DNA from: Adineta vaga | Taxonomy: Eukaryota; Animalia; Rotifera | Assembly (NCBI GenBank): GCA_021613535.1 | Contig: CP075495.1 | Location: 12,772,001-12,836,000, forward strand | Direction: 5' to 3' | DNA: 64,000 nt | Shown: in pieces, positions 13,949 through 28,700 of the stretch | Numbering within the stretch: position 1 is the first letter of the stretch | How the letters are laid out: each line of letters opens with the position of its first letter | Notes under the pieces: model-generated | What the model was told of the DNA's origin: nothing | What the model saw: only the letters and a program-made list of their open reading frames with translations | Database searches by the model: none | Translations under genes and position numbers: made by a program

Positions 13949-16176
13949 TTATAAATTACTACCAGGCCATCCATTAGCTAGTGCGGGCCAAAGAGACGCA
14001 GGACTACCGGATGGTGAATTACTACCAATTGGACCGAAAATTGCAGGCATTGTTCCTGTTAAATTATCATCAAGACCAAATGTTTGCATACATTGTGTAC
14101 GAATCATTTTTTCGTATGGAGTTGCAACATGTCTATTATTATCATCACCAGCTGCTTGACAATATTTAATTGTATGAGCTAGTTAAAAATATATTGATAT
14201 TTATTAAAGAATGATTGAGAATAGAATTACCTTGAGCACCGGTTGCACCACAGATTGGACATTGGTAAGCACGTAAAATCGGACAGGTAACATTACCAAC
14301 GGAATCTTTTAATGAATGACTTGTATAGATTAATTCATTTTCACCATTATTACGACAAAAAACACAAACCTAAACAAAACAACAGTTCAAATTATGAATT
14401 CAAGAAATGTTCGGATTTTTACTTCTTTTTTCATTCCACATCGTCGTTTCCATCTTGCTTCTCGAATAAGATGTTTTATTATTTCAATATCAATTTTTTC
14501 GGAACGTAGTGGTCGATTATTATTATTAGAGGCGAGAATTTGTTGAGCTGCAGAACTTAACGTGATATTTGCACTAAAAGCAGCCATTTGATGTTGTTGC
14601 TGTTGATTTTGGCGTAACATAGCTGTCATTTCTGCTAAAAGCCAAGCATCATTCGATTGAAATTGGTTCATCATAGATTGAGATGGTTGTTGTTGTTGTT
14701 GTTGTTGTTGCTGCAACGCTTGAGGATGAGAAAGTGGAGGCATGCCAATAGGAAGTAAAGGACGATGCTGTTGTGGTGGTTGTTGCGTTGAAGATTGAGG
14801 ATGTGCAGATGGTGGTGGAGGAGGTAATTGTTGTTGTTGTTGCCATAACGGACGTTGTGTTTGCTGAGGTATGGGTAATAATTGTTGAGCTTGATGCGTA
14901 ACAGGTGATTGTGGATGAAACGGTGATCCATGACCAAATGGTCCGTTCGTTGGTGTTGGATTATTATTCGATTGGAAAAGAGAATTTGTTGGATTCATAC
15001 GTTGTGGAAATGGTGAATTGGTTAGATGAGGTGGTGGAGGTGGTTGAAGCGGTGAAGATTGTTGGAGAGGTTTAAAATTCAGTTGAGGCGTTGAAGGTGC
15101 ATATGAATTACTGTTAATACGCGAACGAGATAAAGATGAAAGTGAAAGTGTATCATCATTCATTGTACCATTAGAATTCATTAATGTAGACCATGATGTT
15201 GAAGCTGGTGCACAAGATGTTGTAAGATTTGATGGCAAACTATCAACAAGATGATCCATATAGGAATACAAATTATTTGGTTCTAAATGCAAAAACAAAA
15301 CGAGACAATTGTTTCGATTAGAATGAAATTATTTATTGTGTGAAAGAAAGCAAACCATTAGTCATTTCAGAATGTTGAATAGTTGAACTTGATTGATGTC
15401 TAGTAGGTGCAGCTGGTGAACTAACAGATGTTATTGTCATTGGAAGATCAAATGCTATAAACATATAAAAATTCATATGAATTGAAAAGATTTGATCTAT
15501 GAAAAGACAAAGATACATACTCGTTGATGACGTAAATGTTGAATCAGATAAACGTCGATGACCAGTTAGATATCGATCAAAACTTGTTGGTGCTAATAAA
15601 TTAGCTGTAGTTGCTGTTTTTGGTGTTACATCGGTTGGACGTGAAAATAACGAATTAGTTGTACGAATTTCATTTGTAGTCGGTCCTAACGACCAATTAC
15701 TACCAGTTATATCTGCACTTCTTGGTGGTGTTAATGGTACATTACTATTATTCAATGTCATTGTTTGAAATGCACTTGTTGCACCACTTAATGAATCAAG
15801 TAAACGACGTGGAATCAGTGGTGTTGGTGGAGGTGTTGCTTCGACAGACATCATTTTCATGGGTGGTGGTTTGAATGCACCTTTATTAAATGCAATAGTG
15901 AGTGATAAATTATATTCATCGAGAGATTTCATATTAGAAATGCTTACCCAAACCCATTCCACTGATTTCATCAATCGATGATGAAGAAAGTGTCGCATTA
16001 CTAGTTGGTGCAGTCGATGAACTATCTTCGTCGTCTTCAACATTATCTTCTTCCCGATAGAACAAATCATCATCTTGTTCTACATCTTCATCAATCGTAC
16101 TAGATAATGGTGAGTATTGATCAACTAAATCAGATTCGTCATTAAGTGAATAACCGCGACCGAGAATTGATTCCAT
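13949..16176 (-). CDS. nanos: Nanos RNA-binding protein with long low-complexity N-terminus
   Basis: Spliced C-terminus [53 protein letters not shown] is a double CCHC nanos finger. Six coding exons; TAA at 13949-13951. Confidence 0.95.
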
Positions 16177-18306
16177 TGTTATATTGTTTTATTTTATTTG
16201 ATTCGAATTGTTTTTGATTGTGATTAAATGGATGAATATATTATCAAAGATAAAGAATATTACGATTACAAACACACACACATACACTTTCTTTCTCTCT
16301 AAAATACACAGTGAATTCAGAGATATTTTCGCCAGGCATTTACTTCATCACAAAGAGATCGATTTCGATTCTTCTTCTTTCTCATTTGGTCATGTGACAA
16401 GATTTCTTTCGAAGAAATAACCAGGGAGAGAGCGATAGAGGAAAGAGTGAAGATTTTCTTCTTCTCGCTTTACTAGACGAATATTCGAGACGAAAAGACG
16501 AGAAAAAATTCGTGGAATGTACCTCGAATGAGATATACACATATGTGTATATAGATAACTTACAAGAAGAAAGAAGTTAAAAGCTATTTTAATATGTTGG
16601 ACAAGAAATACCCTGGATATGAAACAAGATGTGAAATATACCAAAAGAAAAATAAGCATTTAAATATGATACAAAATGAAAAGTCATTTGAGTGTATTTG
16701 ATTTAAACATACGATTATGATTTTGACAATAAAGATTCGATAATATCATGTTGAATTATAATTAAAATCGTAAAATTATTTCATAAATTTCAATTATACA
16801 ATTAAGTAATTCTCATTTAGTTTGAGACTTTTCTTTCTATATTGACAATATTAAACAACAAAGCACGTAAAATAACAAATATCCGTAACTTTCACATCTT
16901 TGAACTTGATGTTTTTCGTTGAATCATATCTACAGTTTAACATCTTTTTGGACAATAAATGTACCCTGTTTGTTTCAGATGATTTTATCAATTACTATTC
17001 GATCAACTTCGTCCATATCATCAGCTATTTCATCATACTATCAACACATTCATCTCAAGATAATTAATTCTATTATGATTGTAATATTCAAATAAAATCA
17101 AACAAATAATTAAGATTTTTACCACAATTTAAAATTCTTTTAGTAAGATTGATTAGATGACTGTGTTTCTTCTTTATATACCACATGTGTTCGAAGAAAA
17201 TGAAAGTAATCTTTTCTGATCGACAAGATGTGAACTTTGCTAAAGTGCTAATCGACATAGACATGCTCTTTACCATCTTACAAGTTTATTTTCCTAACAA
17301 TTTGTGTATATACAGAGAGAGAAAAACTTTATAATACTTTTCTGCGAGTAATTTAATAATCATTCATTTGTATACATATAGATTATTTCTTTTAAAAAAC
17401 CTTTTCTTTCTCTTCATCTGTTATATGTAACTGATCCTTTCCTTGCAAGAACTAATTATCTCATTTGTTTGTTTGACTAATAAGTAGAACATAAAAACGA
17501 AAAGCTCATTTTTGTCTTTGTACACATATGTGTGGATGTGTGTGTTAAACGAATATTATTCATTAAAAACTTCGAAAAAAAAAATCAATTTTCTTGTCGT
17601 TCTGTAGTATATAATTGTAACAGTTCATCTAGCAGATATGTATTCATTTCTATTGAACAGACAAGAACAATAACAACGAAAAACAACAACAACATTAAAA
17701 TCAATAGGAAGAAGTTCATCATTGAACAAACTATATGCAAATGACGAACGAACGATACAGATAAGAGATATTATCTTGGCATTTCTTAATTTTATGCAGC
17801 ATCAACTTTTTATTTGCTTGTTGTTTTGAGAAACAAAAAAGACGAGTTTGTTATTTCTTCTAACTAACTGATCTTTTGCCGCGTCAAAGCAGAAATAGGA
17901 AAAGAAAAGATCTCTTCCTGTATCCATCCATTTGGGAATTGTTCGAAAACATAACAATCGATATACGTTTTCTTAATTTAAGCTTTCATATTCAAGTTAA
18001 AGAAAAGATAATAAACGATTTGTTCATCAAGTTAGATGAAAGTACAAGAGGTGGAGATTTTCAATTGACTAAGTTTTAGCGTACTTAGCTCGTTTGTGTT
18101 GATCGATGAAGACAAATCATCTTGATGCCTGCCTTCATAGAAGGACGAGATAGGAGTGGAAGTTTCATCTCTTTGTATAATAAATGAGCCGTTGACATAC
18201 GTGCGTGCGCACAAGATATCAACGACAATCATTCTAATTGCCCTTTGCTCGTGCAAAAATCAAGTTAGAAAGAATATTTCGTTGTTGCTTTTCTTTCTAT
18301 CACACT

Positions 18307-18343
<37 letters not shown>

Positions 18344-18969
18344 CGTTCATCATCAATAGTACAGATGCATACCGCAAGATAAAATTTTGTTACTTTAGTT
18401 GATTTTTGTTTTTCGTCATCTGTTGTTTATACTCACTTTATTTTCTCACGTAAATAAGAAGAAGAAGAAAAAGGAGAAGAAGTTTTCTTGTTCACATACT
18501 GGATCAAACGAAGAGAACATACATATATATGGATAGAGTATCTTTCTTGTACATATGGACCAATCGGCAAATTTACGCACTTCGACCATGTATCTATCTG
18601 GCAGCCAGCCGAAGGGAAAAGAAAATCGACGAGCAAGAAATGAAGGAGAGGGGAAGAGAGAGAGAGAAAAAAAGGCAAGAATAAGAGTAGTGCCATTAAT
18701 CTTCTTCTTTGCCGACAACGACACAGTACATTCTATTTCTTTATTCGAATGGTATTGCCTCTCTTTTCCTTCTCTTTTTCTCTCTCAACTACGACGGTGG
18801 CTTACATTCGGTTCTGCAGATAACTGATTAATAAAATTAGAGCCGTGTGCATACAGATTACATTGCCGGTCGAAAATTCAGTTAGAGGAAAAAAAACGGT
18901 TCAAATATATTGAATTAACACCTTGCCTTCAATTGACAATTAGTCCCAATTCACAGCCATCAATTTACT

Positions 18970-20826
18970 ATGATGCATCATCCTCATTCAGGTAATTTTC
19001 TTAATTTTTCTTTCCTCTTTATCTTTATTTCATTTATCCAAACAAAGAAAAATTGACTTGATTATCTTCATTGAAAATGAATTATATCATTAACTATATA
19101 TCACATTGCGAACGTTTTACCATGTATACATACATATCAGAGAAGATTGATTCTTTTCTTTCTTTTTTTTTGTGCTGGCTTGATGTGGCTTCTTCGAAGA
19201 TGATTGAGTTGTTATTACTCAGCAGGTATATCAAGCGTATGTGCGTGCCTCCACGCCTATTGCAAGAGAATAAGAGATAAGCAGACAGATCGAACGTGAT
19301 TATTGCTACTGATTTCATTTCCGTTCATTCCTTCGGGAAAAAAATTACGTTCGAAATCAAGACTTTTCGAAAGATAAGAACTCATGAATGAAGAAGATGA
19401 AATTTGAATCATTCTTCTTTTTTTTTCAGAATCACCATGTTTAGAATCGAGCAAGAAATTATGTCTTCAACATAATAATACGAATAGTGGTTCATCATCT
19501 GATGAAGGTGATGCGACAAATGATTCAAATGGTAATGATACAAAACGAAAAAAACGACGTAATCGTACAACATTTACATCATTTCAATTGGAAGAAATGG
19601 AACGTGTTTTTCAAAAGACTCATTATCCAGATGTTTATGTTCGTGAACAACTGGCTCTACGATGTGATTTGACAGAAGCAAGAGTACAGGTATGTCGAAC
19701 ATCAAATGAAAATATATCATATTCACAAACACATCTGGTAATGATTCGAATATTTCTTTTCTTCTCTCTTCGCATGATGGCCAATCAGAAGAAGAAAAAA
19801 ACAAAAGAAATCTTCTCTTGCCTTTATTTTCTTTCTATTTCGCAGTGGATACTTTAGAAGACAACCATAGAATACGAATGTCAAAGGTCTATTAAACATG
19901 TCAATAAAGATAACTTTATTTAGTAGAGAAGAAAAAAAGAAAGTTATTCTATCAATTCTAAAATAACAATATGTGTTCGTATAGATCGGATAATGAGTCT
20001 GTTGATAGATAATGATAAAGGACCAATCAAAAAATAACAATAGATAGATGATGATTACAAGAATACTATATGGAAGACATTTCTTTTTTGCTTCTTCAAA
20101 GAAATTCTAGTAGTAACCAAATATTTCTTTTAGTTTGTGAGATAGAAAGAATATTATTGCATCGAATGATATAGATTCAATAACTGTATTTGGACGAATA
20201 AAAGAAATTGACTAAAAACAATTTTCGCTATAGGTTTGGTTTCAAAATCGACGTGCAAAATGGCGTAAACGTGAACGATATACAAATACACCTCAAATAC
20301 GTTCATTAACGGTACCAACAACAAATCCCTATGATATTTCATTAATCTCAGCTGCAAGTGGTCAATATCCATCCGTATGAATACAATCAATCAATTATTT
20401 GACATTATAATAATCTATTGAATCGTTTCATTTTTTTTCTTCCTCTAGTTAGCAAGCAGTAATGGTTGGTGTTCGTCATCTACAGGACCTTTAGGTCATG
20501 TTTCTCTTCGTGATCATCATCATCATCATCATCAACAACAACAACAGCAGCAACAGCAACAGCAACAACAATCTCCACAAACAGCTTCATCATGTCAAAA
20601 CCTCTCATCATCTCCGTCCATGATGATGTCAAGTGCAATACCAAATTTTATGGGTATGCCTTATGCATTTCCACCGCCTCCACCACAACAAACATCACAT
20701 CCAACCAATAATTTCAATCCATGTCCATATACTGGTTATAATCTCAATCCTGATCATCGTAGTACCTCGATTGCTGCATTACGTCTTAAAGCTCGTGAAC
20801 ATAGTGTAGCACTTGGTGGCATGTAA
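18970..20826 (+). CDS. Alx: Alx/Cart-family paired-class homeobox protein with OAR domain
   Basis: [47 protein letters not shown]|[15 protein letters not shown] and OAR motif [15 protein letters not shown]. Exons 18970-18991 (start tentative), 19430-19689, 20234-20374 and 20448-20826. Confidence 0.92.
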
Positions 20827-22345
20827 ATATCGATACATTTCTTTTGTTCTTATGTTTGTTGCGTCATTCTATGTCAGTGGAACAGTGGTGGATTGTCTCT
20901 GTGTGTTCGTATGTATTTGTTTGTGTGTGTGTGTGTGTGTATTTAAAGAGAACAAAAAAAGGCGAAAAAAATAATCAACAGATGTTCTAAGTTTTGCTTA
21001 TCTATCGGCTACCTGAAAGAAGAAAATGTAAAAGAAAGACAAGATTCTTTTCTCATGGGTTCTAATGTCTTCGTCAAGTGTTCAATTCAATGGGCAATTA
21101 TCTCGAAACAAGTAAAATTGGATGATGATATTGATGATCGATGATAAATTGACTCTTTTCTTTTCTTTTATTCTATAAAGAAAGAATATCAGACAAGTTC
21201 AAAGTCATTCTACTTTCTTTATTATATATTTGATTGTATACTTTAGACAATCGAGTGATTGAAGTCAATCATCAATGATGATGATGATGATGGTTAATTG
21301 TTCACTGATAGGATCATCATCATCATCAACAACATCTATTCCCACTAGACAAACATGTCCACATCCCAGTCGTGTGGCGTACGCCTGTATTATACATTGA
21401 GATATACTATGAACAGCAATAGAACAGCATTGTTCACACGTTTGTTTCTTGAAAGAAAACAAAACACATGAACGAACAGAGAAGTAACAAGCAGACATGC
21501 TGAGCATGCCGTCGTTTGTCTGATGATATTTGAAGGTTGATACGCTCTATAAGATGTATATATCAAAATGAAGAAGTCAAGACAAGACAAGAGAAGACAC
21601 TTGGAGCATGGCGGGTGGTTTATCAAATTCATGAGGCTACTTATCAAAAGGTTCAACAATAATGAATATATACGAAAATCTGTTTTTACTATTGATACAG
21701 TTATTCTAAAATGACAAGAGAATATATTCATATTGATGATCATAAAAAAAATGGTTTGAAAAACTATTCACAGATGAATATTTTTAGTTTTAATATATGA
21801 TTTCTTCAGTTTTCTATTCTCTATATTTATCAAGTATTAGACAATGATTATGAAAAACATTCTTTATCCTTATTCGAATGCAGTAGAATAGGAATGCCTA
21901 GAGATTAAGAACAAGTACTATTAAAGTATTCATGAAGAAATGATGAATAATCTATGTCCCAATAGGTTATGATGTTCTCTTGTTTCAAATATAATAACAA
22001 AAACAGTTTTGTAGCACTCGATTGCCTCGAATGACACGAACGTGCTTATGTATATTGATTGATAAAAAAAACATGTAAAAAAGGATACATACCGTAGTTA
22101 AATTGAATATCATGCATAAAATATGCAAGCGCTGTCGTTTTTTTTAAGCTGACCTTAAATAAAAACATAGATCTTCGCCTTTTGTCAAAAAAGTATAGTA
22201 GATATTTTAATTCACAATATATCATACATGAGAAAAAAGGCCTACTCAGTAACTTATTTAAATCTAATCAGTTGATTTTTCTATTTGTTTATAATAATAA
22301 TGATAATAATAATAATGTTTTCAGAAGTATTTTATTGTGTTGCAG

Positions 22346-23637
22346 ATGACTACAGTATTCTTCGATAATGCGACTGATTTAACTCCGATTATAATAGATA
22401 TTGTACCATCAACAATAAGTGTATTTACTACAAATTTATCTTTGAATGCAATACAAATTTTGATGAATGGAAATACAACAGCAGCTGTAACTGCCGCTAC
22501 TACTGCTAGTGAATCTGTACCAATATGGATTGGTTTTCTCGGATGTTTAGTGGCATCGATTTTTTTCGGATCAAATTTTGTTCCGGTAAAACAATTCTCT
22601 GCGGGGGATGGAGTATTTTTTCAATTTGTTTTTTGCGTTGCTGTCTATATGGTTGGCCTCATTGTTGATCTTATTTTAAAGAATGATCATTGGTATCCAT
22701 TAGTACTGATTGGAGGTAGATGAAAACTTTTTCTTTATTATTTATCATTGGAATTGAAATCTTTTTAGGTACCTTATGGACAACAGGAAATCTTGTAACA
22801 GTATTTTGTATAAAAACGTGTGGTCTTACAGTTGGCCTACTTATTTGGGGAACGACAAGTTTAATTATGGGTTGGGCAGGTGGTCGATTTGGTATATTTG
22901 ATATTAATCCGCAAGTTCCATCTACAACAGCAAAATTAATTATGAATTATGCATCAGTAGTCTTAGCTGCGATCAGTGCAATTTTCTTTCTATTTATTAA
23001 ATCAACTAATACACCACGTGCTGTACCACGTGTTGAAATGATCAATGGAGAACAAGCATCTGTAGATATCGTGAAAATCGAAAATATCCCTGTTGAAACA
23101 GAAGAAATTCTCGATACTGATTTTCCCTTTTTGAATAAAATCAGTAATCCTATTCAAAAACTTTTAGGATATATTTTAGCTGCTTTAGCTGGTATATTCT
23201 ATGGTTTAATGTTTATTCCCGATCAATATATTCGCGATCATCCTGAAAAATTCATGTATAAAAACGAAAAACCACCTAATAATGGTCTCTATTACATTAG
23301 TTCACAATATGCTGGCATACTTTTTTCATCTACTATTTATTTCATCATATATGCAGTATTGAAACGAAATCGGCCAACTATTAATGCATCTATTGCCCTA
23401 CCAGCTATGATGAGTGGTTTTATGTGGGCAGTAGCAAACATTGGATTTATTGTTGCTATTAGTTCATTGAAAAGTGCAGTAGCTTATCCAATAGTCAGTG
23501 TTCTACCAGGTATTGTTACGAGCTTATGGTCATTATTTTGGTTTCGAGAAATTCAAGGAAAAAGAAATTATATATTTCTTGCGATTGGCATGGTTGTACG
23601 TTGTATTGCTGCACTTCTTAGTGGTCTTTCGGCTTGA
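22346..23637 (+). CDS. TMEM144: Transmembrane protein 144 (DMT-fold transporter)
   Basis: FFGSNFVPVKQFSAGDGVFFQFVFC, LWTTGN, GWAGGRFG, PAMMSGFMWAVA and WFREIQGKRN. One short intron near 22716-22768. Confidence 0.92.
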
Positions 23638-23825
23638 TCAAAAAAATTACCTATGAATTCTGTTTTATGACGAAGAATACGTTTTTCTTTTCTTTTTTTA
23701 ATTAATTTTTTGAAGTAATAGAAAATAAAAAGGTAACATTAAATATCAAGATTAATCCATGAATGATAGTTTTGTTAAATGACTGAATTTTGCTTTGTAT
23801 CAAAAGAAGAATATATAGATTAAAA

Positions 23826-25474
23826 TTAACTCGATGTTGTTTCATTCGTATTTTCTTTATTTGTTTTATCCTCTGAACTTGGTACTTGAACATTTGTCTA
23901 AAGAAGAATGAAATCGAGAAAATATATTTGATTTCGAATAGAAAATCAACTCTACTTTTTCGCTATCTTTCGCCATTTTAGCAAAGATTTTTGCATACAA
24001 TTGTTTTTCTTGTTGTTGATAAGCTTTCAAATGTTCACGACAAGTTTGAATATGTTGATTAGCTGCTGTATTTGATGGATTTAATTTCAATACTTGTTGA
24101 AAATCTTTTATTGCTTCTTCATATCGATTCATTGCTATTTGACTTTGTCCACGACGAAAGAGACATTTTTCATTTTTCGAATCTAATTCCAGTGCTGCAT
24201 CACATGCTCGAATACATTCAGCATGTTGATTTAATTTCAAATGGCATAAACCCATATTGGAATTAGCTGTTAATTTTAATTCATGTGCTTTCTTTTTATC
24301 ACTATCGCTTTCATAGTTTCCTGATTTAAGATATTCAGTGATAGTTTTATATTTTTTACAGGCAACATAATAATGACCATCCTAAAAGAAACAAATTCAT
24401 TTTAAAAAAAAGAAACATCCAAATAGATGAATTACTTTGAACAATTCACCAGCACGTTTTTTTAATTTTTCGGATTCTTCAAGTTTATCCGCCTCGCTCA
24501 TGGAATATTTATCAACACCCTAAAATATGTGTAAAATTTACTTTTTAAGTTAGATAAAATTTCTTTTAGGCAAACTTTTTCAAAATTAAGTAATGTTACG
24601 ATATATTCGACTTGAGCATTTTTCGGAATATTAAATTTATCCGAACCAAATAGTGCTTTAGATTTTAATTTTAATTGACAATGTTCACCTTTTGTCATTC
24701 GTGTGATAGCATATTCAAGCCTAAAGAGAAACTTATAGGTAAAAGAATTTTAGAACTAGGAAATTACAGACCCTTCAAGAATATTTTTTAAAAAACCTTC
24801 ACCAATTGTAAATTTTACTGTTCGTTCATCGAAAACATGACCCTCATGAGTACCTTTGAGTGTTACTTCAACAGGACTACCATCACTTGGTTTGGCCCAT
24901 CCTTCTCCTCGTTTATAAATTCGTCGTAAAATACTCTGATCTTTTCCATCACTAATATCATCACCTAAATTATAATGAAATCAATTTTGTTTGTTTTCAG
25001 TTCAAACTCTTCGAAGAAGAAGAAAAAGAACAATCATACCAATGAAATCAAAGAGTTCAACTTCAAATATTAATGTCGCATCCGGTCCGATTTTATCTCC
25101 TGAACCAGTTTCACCATATGCATATTCAGGTTTACATACTAATCGACATATTTCACCACGTTTCATTGTTGCTACACCGATATCCCATGCTTTAATAACA
25201 GCACCTTTACCAATTTCAAATTCAAATTTTTGATTTCGATCTCGACTACTATCAAATTTTGTTCCATCCAATAAAGTACCAACATAATGTACGAAGACTT
25301 TATCATTTGGTAATGGTTGATCATCACCAAAACCTTCTTTGATAATTTCTTTTAAAATACCTGTGAAAAGAAATTAATATATTAATTGATGAAGAACGAG
25401 ATAGTAAATGATTACAGACCTCCATCTTTTGATGGGGAAATATCTTCGCCTTTAAATTCACTGTCTGTTGTCAT
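23826..25474 (-). CDS. FKBP4: FKBP4/FKBP5-type peptidyl-prolyl isomerase with TPR repeats
   Basis: [49 protein letters not shown], a second FKBP domain, and TPRs ([19 protein letters not shown]). Confidence 0.93.
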
Positions 25475-25798
25475 TTCAATCAGTTGGTAAATTCCTGTAG
25501 AATGAAAATAAAAAGAAATCTTACCTACCAACTTACGTACATTGAATCCTAGAATATTCCATTAGATGTCGCTAAATTAGAAAATTTCACCTATTTCATA
25601 TTGATAATTTTTTCTGAATTTTTAAAAAATTAATTGTTTTTTCATTAAATTTAAGAAAGATATGTTTTTCTACTAAAAATATCAAAATCAACTTAGTTTA
25701 TATTCGTTGTCAAAGAAATGAATAGATCTATGGTAGCATTCTTATTGTAGCTTCAATAATATATCGCGTCAGGTCTTTCTTCTTGGAAAAACTCGAAA

Positions 25799-28700
25799 AT
25801 GGCAACACAATATTTTGAACATAGACTTGAATTAGGAAATTATTCAGAACAACCTCATTTTCAATTGATGGAATGGCACCCATCGTTAAATATTCTTGCT
25901 GTAGCTTCGATTAATGCTGGAACAAATATATTCTTCTATGGAGAAGATGTAAGTCGGATCATATTTACTTAATTCATATTGATAGTTTTTCTCTATTTCA
26001 ACTAAGGGCGAGCATGATGAGGCAGCTCGTGTACAACATACAAGTAATGCATATAGTATAGCATGGCATCCTGTAAAGAAAACATTAGCAATTGGTTTTT
26101 CAAGTATGAAATGAATCATAGATTGAGAGCTTGTTTTTGTTTATGAAAAGTTGTCTTTTGTTATAAATTAGATGGCGAATTAATGATCTGGAATGGATCG
26201 AATCGACGATTGGAAAGTGTTATTGTGCATAAGAGTTGCATTACATCTTTGACATTTAATACTGAGGGAACGCAATTATTATCAGCTGATCAGGTATAAT
26301 AAAAATGAAATTAATAGAAGAAGATAAAATAGTTTATTTTCATTGAAATCTACTATCATTTTGTAGGAAGGTTTGATCATTATTTGGAAAGCAGATTCTC
26401 TTGCACAAGTATCTCAACAAAGCGTTATGTTTCAATTAAATATACCTGGTGAAGCTATTACTTATGTATTATGTAAATCAACGCCAGTAGGTCGATCTGA
26501 TCAGTATGTACGATAGAAAATTGAACACAGAAATGAAAAAGATGATTTTTATAGAGACTATCGTGATCTAGCACGAGCAGCAGTGGAAGGTGATCAGACT
26601 GCATTAGATATGCTTGCAATGAAAACAAGTCGAGTACAAACATATGAAACAACAATGTTTTTTGTTGGTACAGATAAAGGCAATGTTCATATTGTAACGG
26701 ATAGAATACGAAAAGCTTGTTCAGCTGATGATGGTATTGTACGTTTGTTACATTCATACGAACATAACATTCTCATTGTTATTACTGTAACAAATATGAT
26801 GACACAATACAATATTCAACAAATCGAAACACAATCGGAAGTTCTAATTCCAACACATTCAGTAAGATAATAAAAGAATATTATTGATTAAATTATGACC
26901 TATGGGTTTGTGTTTTCAGGGAAAATTACCTGGTCGTCCAATGGATTCTGATTTTACATTAATAGGTACAGGTTTATTCGCTTACGTAACTGGTGAATCA
27001 ACAATACGAATGATTGATTTGAATTCATCGGATAATATTCTCTTGAAACTGAATCCATCTATGGGTTTTGCAAATAATGAAGTTTTAACATCCATATCCT
27101 ATAGTACAATAAAAGGTATATTATTGCATAGATTTTCAATTCATTGAAAAGAAAAAACTTCACTTTTTTTTGTCATGTCAGGAATTATTGCTGCTGGTAC
27201 TAGTCGAGGAAATATTGCCTTCTGGATCTACACTCCGAATCGTCGTACAACAGATATGGAAAAACATTGGAATCTTCAACGAGCTAAACCTATATGTAAT
27301 GGGTTACCTATTCGAAAATTGAAAGTAAGATATTATCAATGAAGATGTGAATATTGATGTTTTCGTTTAGTATTGTCCACAACGAAATTGTCTTGTCGCT
27401 AATTTAAATTCGCAATTATTTATGCTTACTAATGAAAATATGTCAGCAGCTTATCGAGATAATGTAAATTATTTGATGCATGTTTGATCTCATCTAGTTC
27501 CAAGTGAATTATTTTTATTTAGTTGGCCGTTGTTCAATTGAGTCCTACCGTGATTCATGTGGCATTTTTTCGATATAGTATTGTTAAAGAAGAAGAACTA
27601 GATATGCCATTTAAGAATTTATGTGTTTCAAAGGTAAGAATTTGTTTAATTTTTGTTCGATATTGAAAAAAATGATGAATTTGGTGTTTAGAATCATATT
27701 GCTGTTTGGAATAAAAAACAAATTCGTGTTTATGAACTTATTTGTGATGCATCGAAAGCAGATGCAGAAAAAGTTGTTTGTAATAATAAAGGTCTTGTAG
27801 CTTGTTCACCATCGAATGTTGTACTATATGATCAACTTTTGTTCGTACATGAAAATGGTCGTGTTAATGTTGTTTCTTTTCAAGTAAGAATTCTTTGAAT
27901 TGTATTTCATATAGATAATCAGTTTTTCCTTTAATGAAAATAGGGAACATCTCGTCAATCATTAACATTCGGTCAGAATGAAGGTGAAGTATCAACAATC
28001 AGTTCAAATACATCCTTTCTTGTGATGGGTTCAACCAAAGGTTATGTAAAAGTGTTCGATATATCTCGCCGGTAAAAAGGATCTATTGAATTTCGAATTC
28101 GACGAGTTTTTTTTCCACATTTTAGTGAATTACGACAACTTGGCAAAACATTGAATATAAATACACATACACCATCAGTTGATTCTATACGAGAATTAGC
28201 AATAAATTGTACTGGATCAAAAGTTACAGTGTTGACATCACAAGTGAAAAAATTATTTTTTTTCGAAATGAAAAATTTGATTCTTTTAACTTGTTTTAAT
28301 AGACAAATCTTCAACCAAGTAGTCGAATATATGTCTGGGATGTAGAAAAAGATTCGGTAACTAATTTTGATTTCAGTTCCGAGAAATTACCAGGAAGTGA
28401 TTATGGACTTATTAAACAAAAAGATCATACTAACAAAAATACACCACAATATCGTCGATATCCATCCAATGTTCAATGGGATCCAGAAGATGCTCGATTG
28501 ATGGCCTTAGAAATTTATTTACATCAACAAAGATTTGATTTAAGTACATCATTGACTGCTGATGATCTGCTTTTAACAAGTAGAGGAGTTGGTGATGGAA
28601 ATTCGATGCTTGCAACTGATCATACGGCTGTTTCTCGAGAAGCAACAGCAGTAAATCATGAAGATTTGGTAAAATAATTTTCACTCATTATTCATTTGTA

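Noticed and set aside
21340-21620. p53-like half sites (aaacatgtcc, agacatgctgagcatgcc)
   Set aside because: No properly spaced full site; compatible with chance.
25475-25810. RFX X-box in the FKBP4/IFT140 divergent promoter
   Set aside because: Only half sites (atggtagc, and atggcaac overlapping the ATG).
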